A stretch of 62,269 nt of DNA, counting the filler, from Collodictyon triciliatum (lineage: Eukaryota): NCBI GenBank assembly GCA_043381765.1. It is 14 parts of 14 records of this genome, joined end to end, with 100 filler letters (N's around TTAATTAATTAA, not from the genome) between each part and the next. Parts side by side here need not be neighbours in the genome. Positions count along the whole stretch, not along the records: positions 59,946 to 62,269 come from JBHJMP010006067.1; 13 more parts are not named here. One strand, written 5' to 3'. Below the pieces are notes generated by a model. The model searched no databases. It was not told where the DNA came from and worked only from the letters and a program-made list of their open reading frames with translations. Position 1 is the stretch's first letter, and each line of letters starts with the position of its first letter. Positions 60,142-62,269 of this stretch are shown piece by piece. A program made the translations under genes and the position numbers.

Positions 60142-62143
60142 TCAATTTATCGAGCACGCAGCATGATTTGCGGCTCTCTGATTGATTCTTGAATCTTCAT
60201 CTGGTCTTGGCAAAGTAAAACCATCGCCTTGGTCATGCTGTTCATCGCATAAATCGCTGGTATCACCCACCGAATATTCAAATGATGGGATAAAGTAGAT
60301 CTACATGTAAATTGGGTTGATTAAATAACGAGCAGGATGCAAATACAATATGTTTCCTTATTTATTATTAATCCCACATTGTTGTTGCTGACATCCAATA
60401 TTTCGAGTCGATGGAGTTGATTAACGAACACAGGCAAACATGTCAGCTAGTATTTTTCGTTTGTATCTTCAATTTAGAATAATGTTTATTTCAATGAGGC
60501 TTAAAATAAGAAAGTGCGAATATGTGCAAACAGAGGTTTTTATCACACATTCAAATATCAGATTATGCTAAATGTGTTCATTAAGCATATTTTATTGATA
60601 ATTAAAAAGAAAAAATTATCATTCAATTCATCTTCATTTAGTCAAAATCGAAAAAATAATAAAAAAGCAAAAAATAAAAAAATAAGGTGAGGTGTTCCAT
60701 GTTCATGAGTTGGCTATCTTGTATGAATATATTTTCCCCTTGCATTATACCTTGTTGCGACTTAGAGAAAGGTGAGTGAGACTTGTCAGGAGAGAAATTC
60801 TTTCTGGCAATGCTGTCAACCCCATTCTATAAAGACTCAGTGATTGCAGCCCCATTTGATATTTGTTGGGTGCCCAAGTCGGCTCTATGATGTCCTCAAT
60901 CTAATGAAAAGTGATGACGGATTGTTACAGATTTCGTTTGTCCCCTTTATTATAAAAAATACAAGTTCCTACAAAGTCATATAGTTGCAGCTTTTTGAGG
61001 GATTCAGCGACGGTCATACAACCCGGACGCGATTCTGATTGATTCTCCCAGCACGGTAGATTTGTGATTCCACGAGGCGCTGTTCTGATATCAGGATTTG
61101 AGTTATCCACGTCGACAACAAAATTATGTAGCTTTGTAAGATGCACTAATTGCGGAGGAAGCTGCTCGATCTATTTCAACAAGACAATAAAAAAAAAACT
61201 TTCTTCACAAACAACAATATCTCGTTTATGAAATTTATGATATGTTCTGTTTTGTTCAAAGTGGACGCACCGGGTTGCCATGAATCCAAAACTTAGTCAA
61301 GCAGACCAAGAGAGATATCTGAGGAGGTAGATGAGAAATGAAGTTGTCGGATATATCAACCTCTTCAAGAGATTTGAGGCGAGATACATCTGAAGACAAG
61401 AGCATTAATTGGTTGGATGACATCTTCAATCTTTTGAGGCTTTCGAGATGAAAAATGTCAGGAGGAAGCACAGATATTTGATGTCCAGCAATGAAGTCCT
61501 CAAGACGTGTCAATCCCGATACTTGGGACGGGATATTGGAGAGTTTGCAATTGTAGAGGTTCAAATGAACAAGAGCGCCAAGCAACGAGAGTGCTGGGCT
61601 CAGGGATGATATTTTATTGTGCGATGCGTTCAGTAGACTCAGACTTGTTATTTCAAATATTGCTTCCGGTATGGATGATGCTCTGGCATAAGAAATATCG
61701 AGATGCTCAAGAGCCATCAAATTCGAGAAGCTGGCAGAAAGTGAACGAAACGGATTGTAAGACAGGTTGAGCACTTTGAGTCTTGGCAGAGTAATGATCG
61801 AAGCTGGAACATGAACAAAGATGTTATTTGAGATATCGATGCTTGTCAAGTTCGTCAACTGTGAAACTTCAGCTTGGAGTGATATTAGTTTGTTTTTGTG
61901 AACATCGAGTTCCTCAAGTCGGATTAGCTTCGATATCTCTGAGGATAGCGAGGATAAACAGTTGTTGAAGAGAGAGACAGATATGAGCTGGTCCAACTCA
62001 TACACACCCGTCGGAATCCAGGATAGGTTCCTTGAGTCTAGGCCGAGAAATGTGCATCGCTCCAGCGCCTTGAAAATGCCTCGCGGCTCGTAGAATGGCT
62101 GCAGCCTCTTCAGCTCCCGGAGACTCGCCTCGCGGTTCAGCAT
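60142..62143 (-). CDS. Leucine-rich repeat protein (multi-exon, ends uncertain)
   Basis: About 11 typical 23-aa LRRs (LxxLxLxxNxLxxLPxxI) in 61271-62143. Further LRR exons lie near 60975-61170, 60750-60900 and 60378-60446. Confidence 0.88.
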
Positions 62144-62269
62144 CTAGATCTGGGGAGAGTGGGTTGATTGTGAAAGAAAAAAAGAAAAAAAGAAAAAAAG
62201 AAAAAAAGAAAAAAAGAAAAAAAGAAAAAAAGAAAAAAAGAAAAAAAAGAAAAAAGAAAAAAAAAAAAA

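Noticed and set aside
1-62269. Gene-neighbourhood or operon-like system linking RT, WD40/TPR receptor and protease (e.g. a DGR- or retron-like diversifier)
   Set aside because: The components sit on different, artificially joined contigs. The RT is L1/Tx1-like, with a zf-RVT tail and multiple decayed copies. No template/variable repeat pair with adenine-specific differences was seen.

Overview
Eukaryotic, intron-rich draft-genome sequence, probably from a protist. It is not one locus. It is 14 unrelated contigs of about 4.5 kb, concatenated with 100-bp N44-TTAATTAATTAA-N44 linkers, so adjacency across linkers means nothing. Recognisable spliced genes: RPB8 (complete, 5 exons), a TatD-like 5' end, a secreted N-formylglutamate-amidohydrolase-like enzyme, a type I membrane protein with an SR/SK stalk, a TPR protein, a secreted bacterial-type trypsin-like protease, serine palmitoyltransferase LCB2, a SNF1/MARK-like kinase with a GC-AG intron, a membrane-anchored class I cyclic nucleotide PDE, an FG-GAP repeat protein, PP2A B''-gamma, a PX-BAR sorting nexin and an LRR protein. 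Many decayed fragments of L1/Tx1-like non-LTR retrotransposons are present (ORF1, RT, and the ORF2 C-terminus of two diverged families). Three observations stand out. (1) A receptor-like gene has five consecutive 126-bp phase-2 exons, each encoding exactly one TPR. These are spliced to one 2.86-kb exon carrying an NLR-type pentapeptide module, 8 homogenised but site-hypervariable WD40 repeats and SEL1-like repeats. (2) A PCNA-binding PIP box/PIP-degron motif is conserved at the extreme C-terminus of ORF2 in both retroelement families. (3) An apparently intron-containing antisense segment lies downstream of the retroelement ORF1. All family assignments come from motif recognition by eye; no database searches were run.
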